Positions 26,117-39,350 of a DNA stretch of 64,000 bases are shown in pieces. Origin of the DNA: Antedon mediterranea (taxonomy: Eukaryota; Animalia; Echinodermata); NCBI RefSeq assembly GCF_964355755.1, contig NC_092675.1:11341812-11405811 (forward strand). The letters run 5' to 3'. Made by a program: the position numbers and the translations under genes. The stretch's first letter is position 1. The number at the start of each line of letters is the position of its first letter. The notes beneath the pieces were generated by a model. It searched no databases. It saw nothing but the letters and a program-made list of their open reading frames with translations, and was not told the origin of the DNA.

Positions 26117-29057
26117 TAACAAAGAAAATAAACACAGAAAGTAATTATAATTTAGGAAATAATACTTTTAATTTTAATTATCGAAGAAATAACATTATCA
26201 ACATTGACAGAGATAATCTTTCTTTTTTTTACACTAATTGTGATACATTAACTAACAAAATCGCAGAACTCCGAATAAGAATAAATCAGCTTAAACCGGA
26301 TATTATAATCTTAAATGAAATATTACCTAAACATTATCTGTATGAAATTGATGAGAACATTTTTAATTTAGAAGGTTATAATTTATTTAGTAAACTGGAA
26401 CATAGAGGAGTCGCGATCCTAGTAAAAGATGCATTGACTGTATTTCAGGTTGACATAGGTGGTTTTGATGAGAATATATTTGTGAATATTAAATTAAATG
26501 ATATTAATGTTTTAATTGGTTGTGTTTATCGCAGTCCAAGTAGTCACGCGGACAAATTTGAGGATTTAAAAGATATTTTGGTTGCAGCAGACAAGTACAG
26601 GGCTGATCATATGATTGTTGCTGGCGATTTTAATTTTAAAGGGATAAACTGGAGTAGCAAAGGGTTATCACATGATGTGAACCAAAAATTTACCGATTTA
26701 ATCGATGATTTAATGTGGCATCAACATGTGGACTGTCCGACAAGACATCGTACTGGAGAAGAATCTAATATACTAGATTTAGTACTTTCAAGGGAAGAGT
26801 TTGATGTCTGTGATCTTATTAGTAGTGCACCATTGGGAAAGAGTGACCATGTTGTTTTAACCTTTAATCTTGCTTTAAGTTTTATAGAAAAAGAAAATGT
26901 CACTCCTACAAGAAATTACTACAAAGCCAACTACGAAGCTATTAGAACTAAAATAAAAGAATCGAAACTAAATATTGATATGCATGAACTTGATGGTGTT
27001 TCTATTGCTAATTCTCTCTATTCCCTGTTAGATTTCTGTATTTTACAGTATGTTCCTTTAAGGTCTAAAACTAAAAGGTATAAGAAGCAGTGGATGAACG
27101 TCGAAACAGTGTCTATAGTTAAACAGAAACATAAAGCATGGAATAGATATCAGAGTAGAAGAACACCGGAAAGATGGAATGCTTATATTAAAGTTAGAAA
27201 TGAGACAAATAAGGCAATAAAAAAAGCGAAGAAAAGTTTTGAATGCAAGTTGGCATCCGAGATAAAAGTGAATCCTAAGAGTTTCTGGAAATACTATAAG
27301 GAGAAAACTGGCAAAAAGACGGGCATTTCTGCATTAAAAGACGAGAGAGGAGAACTGATTGTAGATGATAGACAAAAAGCTGCACTCTTAAACCAAGCAT
27401 TTGCAACAGTTTTTACTAAAGAAAATATTTCTGACATTCCCGTGCTTAAACTTAACCTTGATCATGAAGTCGAACCTTTGTATACTGTTGCATTTCCGGA
27501 GAATGAAATTCGAAAGCACCTATTAGCATTAGACATTTGTAAGTCTCCAGGACCAGATGGTGTGCACTCTCGACTTTTAAAAGAAACGGCAAATGAAATT
27601 AGTCCAATTCTCAGCACTTTATTTTCCAAGATTTTACATGAGGGAACTATTCCTGAACAATGGAGGCAAGCTAATGTTTCACCAATCTATAAGAAAGGCT
27701 GTAAAACTAATCCTCTAAACTATAGGCCAGTGAGTTTAACGTCAATACTATGTAAAACCATGGAGACATTCATCAAGAATGAAATATCGAAACATATGGA
27801 AGATAATAAACTATTTTGTAACGAACAACATGGGTTTCGCAAGGGAAGATCCTGCAACACGCAACTGCTTGAGGCCACCGAGAAATGGTCTTCAATGATA
27901 GATGAAGGACACTCTGTCGATATCTTGTACTGTGATTTTCAAAAAGCTTTTGACTCTGTTCCACATGAAAGACTTCTCCATAAAATGCATACATATGGTA
28001 TTCGTGGTGAATTGTTGAAATGGACTAAAATATACTTGTCAAATCGTGTCCAGCGAGTGGTGGTAAATGGCGAAGTTTCGGATTGGATATCGGTCCAGAG
28101 TGGTATTCCTCAAGGGAGTGTATATGGTGTAATCTGCTTTACAATATTTATCAACGATCTGCCTCAATTAGTTAAGTCACCTCTTTTTTTGTTTGCTGAT
28201 GATTCAAAGACATACAAAGCTGTTGATTCAGACATAGATGCTCTTGATTTTCAGGCGGACATTGATAAGATGTATAAATGGTCAGTAAAGTGGCAGTTTC
28301 CCTTTAATATTAATAAATGTAAGGTTATGCATCTCGGTAAAAAATCCTTGAACACAACATACTTTATGGGAACAGGTTCAGATAGAATTCAGTTAGGAGT
28401 TGTAACTCAGATGAGAGATCTTGGTGTTTTAGTTGATAATAAATTGAATTTTCATGATCATATCGTTGAAGTTGTTAAAAGGCTAACTCTAGACTTGGTT
28501 TAATTAAGAGAACCTTTGAATATTTAGACAGTCATTTAGTGTCTATCCTTTATAAATCAATGGTTAGACCGATTTTAGAATATTCTAGTACGGCTTGTCT
28601 TCCTCAGTTTGTTGGTGATTCTATTCTCTTAGAAAAAGTTCAGCAAAGAGCCACAAAACTTGCTGTGGAAATTAAAACTCAACCATATAGTGACCGAATG
28701 AAATTTATGAAACTGCCATCATTAGCATTTCGAAGAAAGAGGTCTTGCTGCTTACAGATTTTTACAATGATACAAAAGTATGATAATGTTAATCCGGGTG
28801 TCTTTTTCGAATTAGCACCATCTACTGTAACTAGAGACCACAATTTTAAAATTAAAAAAGTTCATAGTAAATCGAAACACAGACAGAAATTCTTTTCAAT
28901 ATCTGCAGTAAATGATTGGAATAGTTTGCCATATCATATAATAAATGCATCCTCTATAAATAATTTTAAAACCCATCTTGAAACACACTGGAAAACCCAC
29001 AACCTAAAGTTTGAGCCATATAACCAAGATGTTCAAAGAGGGACTCACAAACCTTAA
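26017..29057 (+). pseudogene. LINE ORF2p (APE endonuclease plus RT) with a single frameshift near 28480
   Basis: Frame open from 26017: YTNCD, VYRSP, GDFN, SDH, KSPGPDG, QHGFR, DFQKAFD, PQGS, LFADD. Adding one A to the A4 run restores VVKKANSRLGLIKRTF and joins the 28539-29057 ORF. Confidence 0.88.
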
Positions 29058-29554
29058 CAGGTTTATAGTCTAAAGGTCAAGGTAAATCAAGGTAGGCCTA
29101 ATTTAGTCTCTAAACCCATGTATATTCTAGTAGTAGCTGTGTGAGTGTGTGTGACGTGTGTGTGTTAGGTATGACCAAAGATAGTTACACTATCTTTGGT
29201 ATGACAACAATCCGAGTAATAAGTCAGCAAAATTAAATAATAAACATTACACAAAAATACATTTTTTATTCTCGTGGGTCAAATCTTCCCATCTCATGTG
29301 TTCATATACGCGCATTTTTAAAGTTCCTTTGAGTACATGCATATTGTTTCATGTTTGATAATAAAATAGCAGAATTAAAAAAATACAGTACACAAATTAT
29401 ACACATTCTTTATTCTTGTGGGTCTTAAGCTTTCTTTGGGCTATGTCCAATGAATTACTACTTAGTTTAATGTCTTGCCTAGCTGTCGATTAGCCTCGAC
29501 TCGACACATTTTGTGTGAAGAAGAGTGCGCGAAGGCAATCACGTGAATTGATTA

Positions 29555-30362
29555 GGGCCTGTTTCTGCTGCAACTGCTCAAAATACGGTATAAAATACGA
29601 TATTTTTTATACCGTATTTTTTAGTACCCCGTTTCTGCTAACAATACTTCTTGGGTGGTTGTGTTAAATTTCATCTTTTTTACCCAAATTGCCATTCATT
29701 TATTTGATCGATAATTAAAAGTCGCAATAAAGGAAAGTTTACGTCTGACTTTCAACAGCCTAGCCCTAGTGATAGAGATGTTGTGAGAGCACAGAAAACA
29801 TCGTAATGGGGACAATTAATTCGTTCCCTCCCCGAGTTATTGTATTTTACAATGTTGTACTGCTTTTGCAGGCTCTTCAGCTTTGAGTTTACTTGCTTTG
29901 GAGACAAGTCTATTCCATACTCCTGCTTTATTTTTTTAGAAATGTCTTTATAAATGTGGTTGTCCCTTTTATTACCTTAGTTGGCCAGACATTTTAGCTT
30001 CCCCACACACATTTATTTAGTAAAACTGTGACGTCTTCGCTCCACATTTTCGCCGAATATATCTCTACACGTGTGTAAAGCAGCTGACAGCGACAGAAAA
30101 TAAAAACACGAATGTTGACCTTTTGTCATGTAAAAAAAAAATACGGTATTTTTTATTGGCAGCAGAAACGGGTACAAAAAATACGGTATAAATTTGTAAA
30201 TACCGTATTTTATCCACAAATTTTGTGGGGAAAATACGGTATACAAAATACGGTATATTTTTTATGAGCGCAGTTTCTGCTGCCAAAAATATACCGTATA
30301 TATACGGTATTAAAAAAATACCGTACAATATACGGTATTTAGTTGGCAGCAGAAACAGGGCC
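29555..30362. mobile_element. MITE (Harbinger-like termini) nested in MULE copy 1
   Basis: TIRs GGGCCTGTTTCTGCTGCAACT / AGTTGGCAGCAGAAACAGGGCC; many internal ATACGGTA/TACCGTAT motifs; absent from MULE copy 2; TSD not clean. Confidence 0.75.
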
Positions 30363-32369
30363 AGGAATCACTGTAGAAAGTATCGTATCGCAGTTGTGTA
30401 ATCACTTCTTGTTGCTATACGCTTGGGTGCACACGGAACAACAAATTTAACTTATGAATATTATTCATGTTTATTTTGTGACGTTTCATGAGGGGTCCCC
30501 AACTTATGTACGTAAAAAAAAATCGCCGCCGGGTACACGCTGGACGTAGAAAAAAAAAAGAAGCGTGCAACCAACCGTGAATCAATGACGTGGTAACCGG
30601 AATACGCGATTATCAATTTTGGGAGGATCCAAGTTTTAACTAAATAAACGCTTTGATTACACAGTGGTTGAGACACGTTTTTAATAGTTATTACATTTTT
30701 AAACACCTTCATAATTAATGGACTCTACCAATGTTGATCCGCTGCAAAGAACAACAGATCGCACACATCGGAGGCGGTGTTTTATTTGGTTTTACTGTAC
30801 GATCCGATAATACGAACATGTTAAATGATTTAAAAGGCATGGATTCGCCAAGCAAGTAGGCCTACATTTAATAAAAATTTACCTAAGATTGTCGTAAGCT
30901 CTTTTGTTCAAACTTGTTATTTATATAGCAATAATCCACCCGTTGCGGCATGCACGCTAGGCCTCTAGAGGCCTACTCCTCGATCGATCGATGTCGCTGG
31001 TGGGGAATTTCCCAGCGATAAGAAATCGGCGAAATAGCTCATAAACGGCCTACATTTTAATGTTATATCTTTAATGCCAGTGTAATTACGTATGGATAAA
31101 ACAATATAAAACTCAATGTTTTTCATCTGAAATAATAGGTTAACTCGCGTAATGTAGCATAAGACGGATTCGGAATAGTTATTTCGATTGTTTTTGGGTT
31201 TTAAAATGGTAGCTAGCTAGGGCCTAGAAGTAGAAGCCCTAGGCTAGGCCTAGGCCTGTGCCTAAAAAAAATGAGTAAATTCTATTGGGCAATACTATCA
31301 TGTGTAAATAGTGTACATTATGTAATTAAATTATTTTATATACTGAATTTTAGCAAAGAATATATATAACAAGAATGAGTATTCCGCGATTTTTGCATGA
31401 GAAATTTGTAACCGAGAGCTCCAGAGAGTGATGCCCGCCCTCATAAGGGCGGATGTATACATACTAAATAAGACTTGATTTAATAGATATTGTACATGTC
31501 ACATTAAATAGAATTATGATAATATATTTCGCAATTGTAAACTATTTTATAATACATATTTATTAACAAACTAGTGTACATTCACTTTTACAGACAGTTA
31601 TTTACTAACATGCTAAATTAGTTCACAAAAAAGGCCTAACACAGCAACACCAAAATCAACGAATCGTTACTCAGCACGGCCTATTCTTTACCATTGCCGC
31701 GTACTACTCTACGCCCGGTAAATTAAGTATTGTTTTTATGATATAAATTAGTATAAAATACATGTTATTTATAGGATAAAATGTTAAATGTCATTAACAT
31801 TTATTTGTTTTACCAGAAACAAGTTAGATATAGGAATATTATTAAACTATCCTTCTTGAAAACGCGTAAACACCAACACGCCCGGTCACGCTATCGTAGC
31901 GCCCGGTTGATAAAGCGAACTGTTTATACGGCAGTTTTTACTAAATAAATTGCATAAAACGAACAATTAAATATCCAAATAGCATTTAACATGATGTTGG
32001 CATGTAGTTGATAACATTTTTTATCATGAAAATACTACCGGTGGTCCAGCCTTTGATTAGTGAAACCGTCACAAACAGTTGTATACATCCCAGATACATC
32101 CTCACTTATGGCGGCGCCCTACCACATGGACAATATTACTGTTACAGGGAAAATCGCGGATTACTCATTCTTGTTATATATATTCTTTGATTTTAGTTAA
32201 AATACATGAGTATATATATGTGGGGATTAATCTAATCATGTGATAATTAAATACTGCCCCCTATAGGTGTTGCTGCCCCCTATAATTGTAACAGTCTTTT
32301 TCAAATGATTTGCTTTCTTTTGTATTCATGAACCGGTCAAGGAAACAGATAGTTTTGTCTCTTACTTAA

Positions 32370-32995
32370 AGACCCCTTCCCTGCAATTTTGGACGTTTTT
32401 TGGAAAATAATACATATATATCACTTTAAAAACATTAAACCATGTCATTCCTTGTCTTAAATGTACGTTTTATGGTAAATTATGATAAAAAGTGAGAAAC
32501 AATGCACTACCTAAGTAGCTCGCGGCGATCGACCTCTCGTGGACGGTCTTAGGCCTAGCCTAGCTAGGCTTAGTTTTGTAGGCCTAGCTGGTAAACATCG
32601 GTAACGTACGAACATCGTACGCGAGTTATATACCTAGCCTGACGTTGTATAGTTGCTGCATTAATTGTCTTTCTATTTTTGCCAGACTCCGTTGATACAA
32701 ATTGGGGAAAACCCGGTATTTTCGCTGAAAAGTTAGGAGTCTTCCATTTGTTTTGGCCTCACGATCGATCGAAAAGTGGGCGAATTACAGGTGAAAAACA
32801 AAAATATCAATCCGCGCGCAATGCATTTTGGGATTTATAGCGGGCCGCTATAATTGTTAGAATCGACTTATTTTTCACATTTTTAACCGTTTAAAGACGA
32901 AAAAAGTTATCGCAATAGGACCATATAGTATTATTTTTACATTAAATATAGTTTGTGATCTTAAATTAGATCTAAAAAACGTAGGGAATGGGGCT
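32370..32995. mobile_element. Kolobok-type MITE in the 5' LTR
   Basis: TTAA TSD; TIRs AGACCCCTTCCCTGC / GTAGGGAATGGGGCT; absent from the 3' LTR. Confidence 0.85.
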
Positions 32996-33951
32996 TTAAT
33001 TAAAGATCTGATTATAAGGTAATTACTCTACTTTATACATATATTACTTTGTTATACATTTTATAAGATTCTGTTATGTTTAAGAAACATTAATGTTGTA
33101 TTTTAAGATGATTGCATTCATAGGCCTAGACATTTGTTTTGGGTTAACCTTGACTCATGGAATGTGCAGTTAGGAAGCCTATTGAATAGTATTGTGTTAC
33201 AATCTTTGAACTAGGATTTTATGCCATATAATATGTTATAATATATACTTTTGTGATAAACCTTCTTTGTATTAACAAAATATGTTTAGATAGATTTAGT
33301 AATGTTTAGTTTATAGAAGATAGTTTCTAGTTAACAGTTTGTATAAAATAGTTCATCCTACAGTTCACACTTGATTAATTTGTATACACGAGGCTACCAT
33401 GCTCGTGATAGATCGTCATGTAGTGCGCCCTCTATTTATCATACAAAATGGCTGCGCCCATGGATTTGTTATTGTTTATATATTTTACACAAACCTAAGA
33501 TTATAACTCCTTGATTCAATGAATAGACTAAGTTTAGTATTCAAATAGTGTGAGTAAATTCCAACATGCATTTATTCTAGTAATATAATAGTAATATTCA
33601 GGCACTTATGATGCAATTGTGTAGGTAATTAATTAGGTATTTTTATACTCTAACAAAGTATACAGAGGCTGTTTAGGTAGACGTGCCGTTTGATGTAATA
33701 GTCGCAGTCCTCAGAGAGAATCCTTTTTATTAGAGTCGCCTGTTAAGTTGAGGTCGTTACTAAGAATTGGCTTGTATTTTAGAATATTATTTACTTTTGT
33801 TTCTCATTGTATTTATTTTGTGGTTTTCAGGACCATACTGATCTCTATTGTTATGCTAAAAACAAATTAAAACCAAATACACCACCGGACCGTGGTAAAA
33901 GTGAGAAAAGGCGTGTTTTCCTTTTGTGTTGTCGTCCACATCCTTACAATT

Positions 33952-33969
33952 TGGTGTCAGAAGTGGGAT
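33952..33969 (+). promoter_or_regulatory. Primer binding site (tRNA-Leu)
   Basis: TGGTGTCAGAAGTGGGAT lies 3 nt after the 5' LTR and is complementary to the tRNA-Leu 3' end ATCCCACTTCTGACACCA. Confidence 0.85.
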
Positions 33970-34006
33970 CGTGGATCGCATTTGGCTTTAACATTAGAGA
34001 TCAGTG

Positions 34007-34453
34007 ATGGCAAGCAAGGCATCGTTGCGAGATGTGCAGAGGACGGTTGATGAGCTAAGAGCCGAACTAGAAGCAACTAGGCGTGCTGCCCATGGGAATG
34101 GAAACACAGTATATGTTCTCCCAGAGAAGAAGATGAGACACTTTGTGGGAGCCGAAGGGGAATGTGTAGAGTCCTTTGTTGAAGACATCAAGGCAGCTAT
34201 AAAAGTCAGAAAATTGCGAGGACAGAATGCAGCTGATTTTGTTGTTTCTCACCTAGAAGGCGCCGCACGAAGAGAAATTAGGCATCGTCCACGGGTAGCA
34301 GATGACTCGGAGCTAATACTTAGGACCTTACAAGATACCTTTGGGGAGCGGATGTCACTAAATACCATTATGAGGCAGATATATAATCTAGTTAATATTA
34401 ATGATATTTTGATAAGTGTGCGTACCAAATGTAAAATGTTTCTGCATATTTAG
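34007..34453 (+). pseudogene. Truncated Gag (PNMA/Gypsy capsid-like)
   Basis: MASKASLRD...VYVLPEKKMRHFVG...FVVSHLEGAARREI; Gag-like sequence gives way to AT-rich DNA after ~34390; no pol. Confidence 0.75.
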
Positions 34454-36313
34454 TGTAATCTTACATTTTATTTCATAATATTAAGTTTGAGGACAAACTC
34501 AGCTTAAACAGGGGAGTGTGGGGATTAATCTAATCATGTGATAATTAAATACTGCCCCCTATAGGTGTTGCTGCCCCCTATAATTGTAACAGTCTTTTTC
34601 AAATGATTTGCTTTCTTTTGTATTCATGAACCGGTCAAGGAAACAGACAGTTTTGTCTCTTACTTAATTAAAGATCTGATTATAAGGTAATTACTCTACT
34701 TTATACATATATTACTTTGTTATACATTTATAAGATTCTGTTATGTTTAAGAAACATTAATGTTGTATTTTAAGATGATTGCATTCATAGGCCTAGACAT
34801 TTGTTTTGGGTTAACCTCGACTCATGGAATGTGCAGTTAGGAAGCCTATTGAATAGTATTGTGTTACAATCTTTGAACTAGGATTTTATGCCATATAATG
34901 TTATAATATATACTTTTGTGAAAAACCTTCTTTGTATTAACAAAATATGTTTAGATAGATTTAGTAATGTTTAGTTGGATCAACTGCCGTTTTGGCTCCG
35001 GAGTTTTTTTTAGGGTTATTCCATTATTAAAGTGGGGGTGTGTGGTTATGAATATTGTGTGCAGGTACGTCAATAGAAATGACATTGAGAGCCCTCTTCT
35101 GTCAGTTGACTGGTTCCCGGTCTACCGCCTTGTAATTGACTTAATCATGATCGAATTCCAATAACTTAAGAATATACAAAATGTTTACATAATTATATAA
35201 CAATGTAGACCTATCTAATAATGTTTTTACTTTTTTGCAGATAAAGGAGGATCATCAATAAAATAAAATGATAAAAATTCCAGGCATTTAATATACGGTT
35301 TACTGATAAAATATAATGTACCAATGAAATAAACCTGGTGTTCTGAAACATATTTTAATAACTTTTGCCGGCCTAGCGCCTTTGTGTATCTAAATCTATC
35401 TAAATAATTAAGTTAGTACAGTATTAACAAATAAAGGGTTAGGGTTATGTATAATAAAATGATAGAAATGAGGCATTATCTAATAATGTTTTTATTGATT
35501 TTTTTTTCAGATTTTTATAGTTTTAAAATTCAAGTACCGTTTTTATAGCGTTATGTATCCTGTAAATGCTAACCTAAATACGTTATCTGAATGTTTCTTT
35601 TTACGTTATAGAAATGTAATAAAATAACGGTTATTAGTGAACCTAAACATTAACCAAACACTAACGTTAGAAAACCACTATGTGATTGCTGGACTGCCAC
35701 AATAGAACAATAGACCTACAGTAGGTATGTTAAACAAAGAAATCACGTCAAAGCAGGGTGGAGACGGAATTTTAAGACAAAGGCGTTCTATACAAATGCA
35801 AATCTGGTGGTGGAATACAACATGATCAATGCTGACAGAAATTCACATAAACTCTGCAGTAAAAAAAATGTAGAAACATTATTTGCGTATTAAATCACTA
35901 TATAAAATGTTCAGCTTGTTTAATTAATATACTGTACAATAATGTCCGTACTATGATTTTCTTTTTTAACCTGTTTTGATCGTCTCTTTTATCTACTACA
36001 AGGAATAATTTCGCCAGTGTGGCATAGCAAAAAGCTATACAAAACAACCTTATTGCTACACATTTCGAAAATTGTGTAGCAAAAATACAATACAAAACTA
36101 TGTTTCTCGACTAAATCAGTTTGATTAGCAATTTTGCTAAAATTTTGAAATGAAATTGTTCACTGTACTACAGACTCCCACTTGTAATTTTAATGCTAGT
36201 CGATATATGATTTCTATACTGTACTTACTGTTTATTACAGCTCATACATAGTTGCTATTCTCTTGAGGCTCAAGACGACCAAATAGACAGTTTGATATCC
36301 AAGTACAACTTGT

Positions 36314-37053
36314 AACTAGAATTTAATTCGTCACTTTGACGAATTATAGGTGATCATTTTTATCATTTTATTGACATTCATATTTTTTAAACATGCACCT
36401 ACGTTAACATACAATCGGAAAATGTTGATGTATGCCATCCTATTATACGCTTATAGTGCTGAGTTGTGCCTATTATATGCCATATACAATATGTACAGTA
36501 TATACTGTACTGTGTATATCTATATACAGTGTAGCATAGGTGAAATTACGGGACCCACATCATGTTCTAATTTTTTGGTATGATGACGTTGTCAAAATAA
36601 ACTTGAAGATAACAATATCGAAAGATAATGAATTGAGTAATAAAATATAACAATTGGAAGAAAATTTGGCACGTAGAAGGGCGGTGCGCGCTATTTAAAA
36701 ATTGTATAACTTTTACGAAAGCGATGAAAAAAATACTTTTTAACTTCAACTGGCCATACGGTAACGTCACAACATCCGATAGGCTTAATTTTTATATGAA
36801 TTAATATAAGCTTCGCTTGACGACGTTACATAAATGTAAAAATGTTAACATAGTTCACAAAATGTTATGTTTGCAAGTTTCAGAGAAAAGCGTTGCACAA
36901 AAATCATACAGAAAGAAAGAAGAGAAATAAAAAGTTGATGTTGATGATGATTTCGTACAATCACAAGAGGTTATCAGCAACTTCGTTGCGGATAACCAAT
37001 AAAGATTTGATACAATAACAAGGTGATCATTTTTATTCTAAATGATCACCTAA
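36314..37053 (-). mobile_element. HINE-like element inside the Merlin-like spacer
   Basis: AACTAG plus AATTCGTCACTTTGACGAATT stem-loop plus AGGTGATCATTT at one end; AGGTGATCATTT...AAATGATCACCT hairpin at the other. Confidence 0.6.
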
Positions 37054-37727
37054 TTATGAATATTAAATTCCTGCTTCCAGACGACGTCACACTTGGGTTT
37101 AATCAGACCTTAAAAAACCTAGTATTTGATTTTCTTTACCAAAATGATTATATATTGTACCGTTACTACTGTATTATTCCAACATGTAATTGCTATTCTC
37201 TCTCTCTCTCTCTTTTATTTCTAGGCGTTTTTTAAAGATAAATCAGTCCTTAAAACCTACCTATTTTGGTTTGAAATAATCATAACCTATTGTACCGTTA
37301 TGTTGATTTGTTAAACAGTACAGTACATACAATTTCATTAAATTCAATCTTCAATTTGAATGAAAAAGCTAAACGGTAGTGTTTCAAATTTTGAGTTTAA
37401 AAAAAAATGGTTGGGAAGAATAAATATTAATAAAATATATGTAATCAGGTTAAGAAACAAAAACCGCTGTAGCATAGTTTTACTTTTTTTTTATCGCTGC
37501 ACAAAGGTGTCTCATTGAAGCTTACAATATTACATAATAAAGCATATAACAATATCACTCATGCCGACATGGAGCTATGTATACAACCTAAAATATGGCA
37601 CATGTATATAAACCAAGATCAGTTGTCTTCAAATCACTCATTTTTCGAAAAATGTTCAACTATATTATACAACTCCGATATTTTACTGCGTTCTCGATTT
37701 GATTTTACTGCGATTTAAACCAAGGAC

Positions 37728-37864
37728 CATGCTACCGAAGATAGGACCACATTTGTTTAATGGATTTGATGACTATCTGGACTTTTTCCAACGAAGGGGT
37801 TTTTATCCAACTGCCAAGGATTGCTCGTACTGTAATGTACCAATGTACATGTCTACTCGTAACC
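37728..37864 (+). pseudogene. Residual first exon of a Merlin-like transposase
   Basis: MLPKIG...YLDFFQRRGFYPTAKDCSYCNVPMYM resembles the Merlin N-terminal CxxC region; followed by GTAAGT; no downstream exons. Confidence 0.45.
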
Positions 37865-39350
37865 GTAAGTGTTCTCATCATTAATTATTATAATTACATT
37901 TAAAAAGCGTAATTTAAATATTTATAACCTGTACCATTATATGTATAATTATGTCTTTATTATAACCTGCATTTTATGTGCAATTATTTAGTAATTTTAT
38001 GTACCATTTATTCAGTTACTGTAATGTAAGTTAAGTAATTAATTAATTGTAAGTAAATAATGATGTAATTTAATAAAAAATATTTATATTATTGAAATGA
38101 ATTTCTAAATAAAAATACATTGTCAATTTAATTTTGTTGTTGTTATGTTTGGTTTATTTTTTGCTATCCTATGTATTATGATAATTTTGCTATTCTATGT
38201 ATTAGAATATTTATATATGATTTAATACGCAAATAATGTTTCTACATTTTTTTTACTGCAGAGTTTACGTGAATTTCTGTCAGCATTGATCATGTTGTAT
38301 TCCACCACCAGATTTGCATTTGTATAGAACGCCTTTGTCTTAAAATTCCGTCTCCACCCTGCTTTGACGTGATTTCTTTGTTTAACATACCTAGGTCTAT
38401 TGTTCTATTGTGGCAGTCTAGCAATCACATAGTGGTTTTCTAACGTTAGTGTTTGGTTAATGTTTAGGTTCACTAATAACCGTTATTTTATTACATTTCT
38501 ATAACGTAAAAAGAAACATTCAGATAACGTATTTAGGTTAGCATTTACAGGATACATAATGCTATAAAAACGGTACTTGAATTTTAAAACTATAAAAATC
38601 TGAAAAAAAAATAAATAAAAACATTATTAGATAATGCCTCATTTCTATCATTTTATTATACATAACCCTAACCCTTTATTTGTTAATACTGTACTAACTT
38701 AATTATTTAGATAGATTTAGATACACAAAGGCGCTAGGCCGGCAAAAGTTATTAAAATATGTTTCAGAACACCAGGTTTATTTCATTGGTACATTATATT
38801 TTATCAGTAAACCGTATATTAAATGCCTGGAATTTTTATCATTTTATTTTATTGATGATCCTCCTTTATCTGCAAAAAAGTAAAAACATTATTAGATAGG
38901 TCTACATTGTTATATAATTATGTAAACATTTTGTATATTCTTAAGTTATTGGAATTCGATCATGATTAAAGATCATGGAACATGGTATTTGATGTTTATG
39001 TAAAATAGTAGTATTATAGTTGTTCTCCTTGATGGATATTAAACAGACAATAAATTAAAAGTTTTCAGGACATAATTAAAGTGTTTTCTGCTATTTCGCG
39101 CAACTGCTCTCAGTTCACGACTATTCGGGTTTTTTCGGCATTTTCCGGTAACCTCTGATAGTGACGTCATAAGATGAAGAAACTTTTTCGTGTACTGTAC
39201 AAACTAGGATGTCAACACGTATCGCGTATGATTTTGACAGTTCTTCGTCAGAGGAATTAGAAGAGGAAACATTGATAGTGGAATGCGAAACTGAGGAAAA
39301 TGAAGGAGAAACTATTTTGTTTAACAATCGAAATATTGAATGGAATGTCG

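Larger units (their letters stand above)
24810..29092 (+). mobile_element. CR1-like LINE, near full length
   Basis: Boundaries defined by comparison with the empty MULE copy; 5' UTR, ORF1, ORF2, and a short (C)AAGGT repeat tail. Confidence 0.88.
24526..30526. mobile_element. MULE/Mutator-like MITE copy 1, expanded by nested insertions
   Basis: About 120-bp TIRs starting GCGATTTTT; 9-bp TSD CGCCGGGTA (24517-24525, 30527-30535); internal sequence matches the reverse complement of 44071-45009. Confidence 0.88.
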
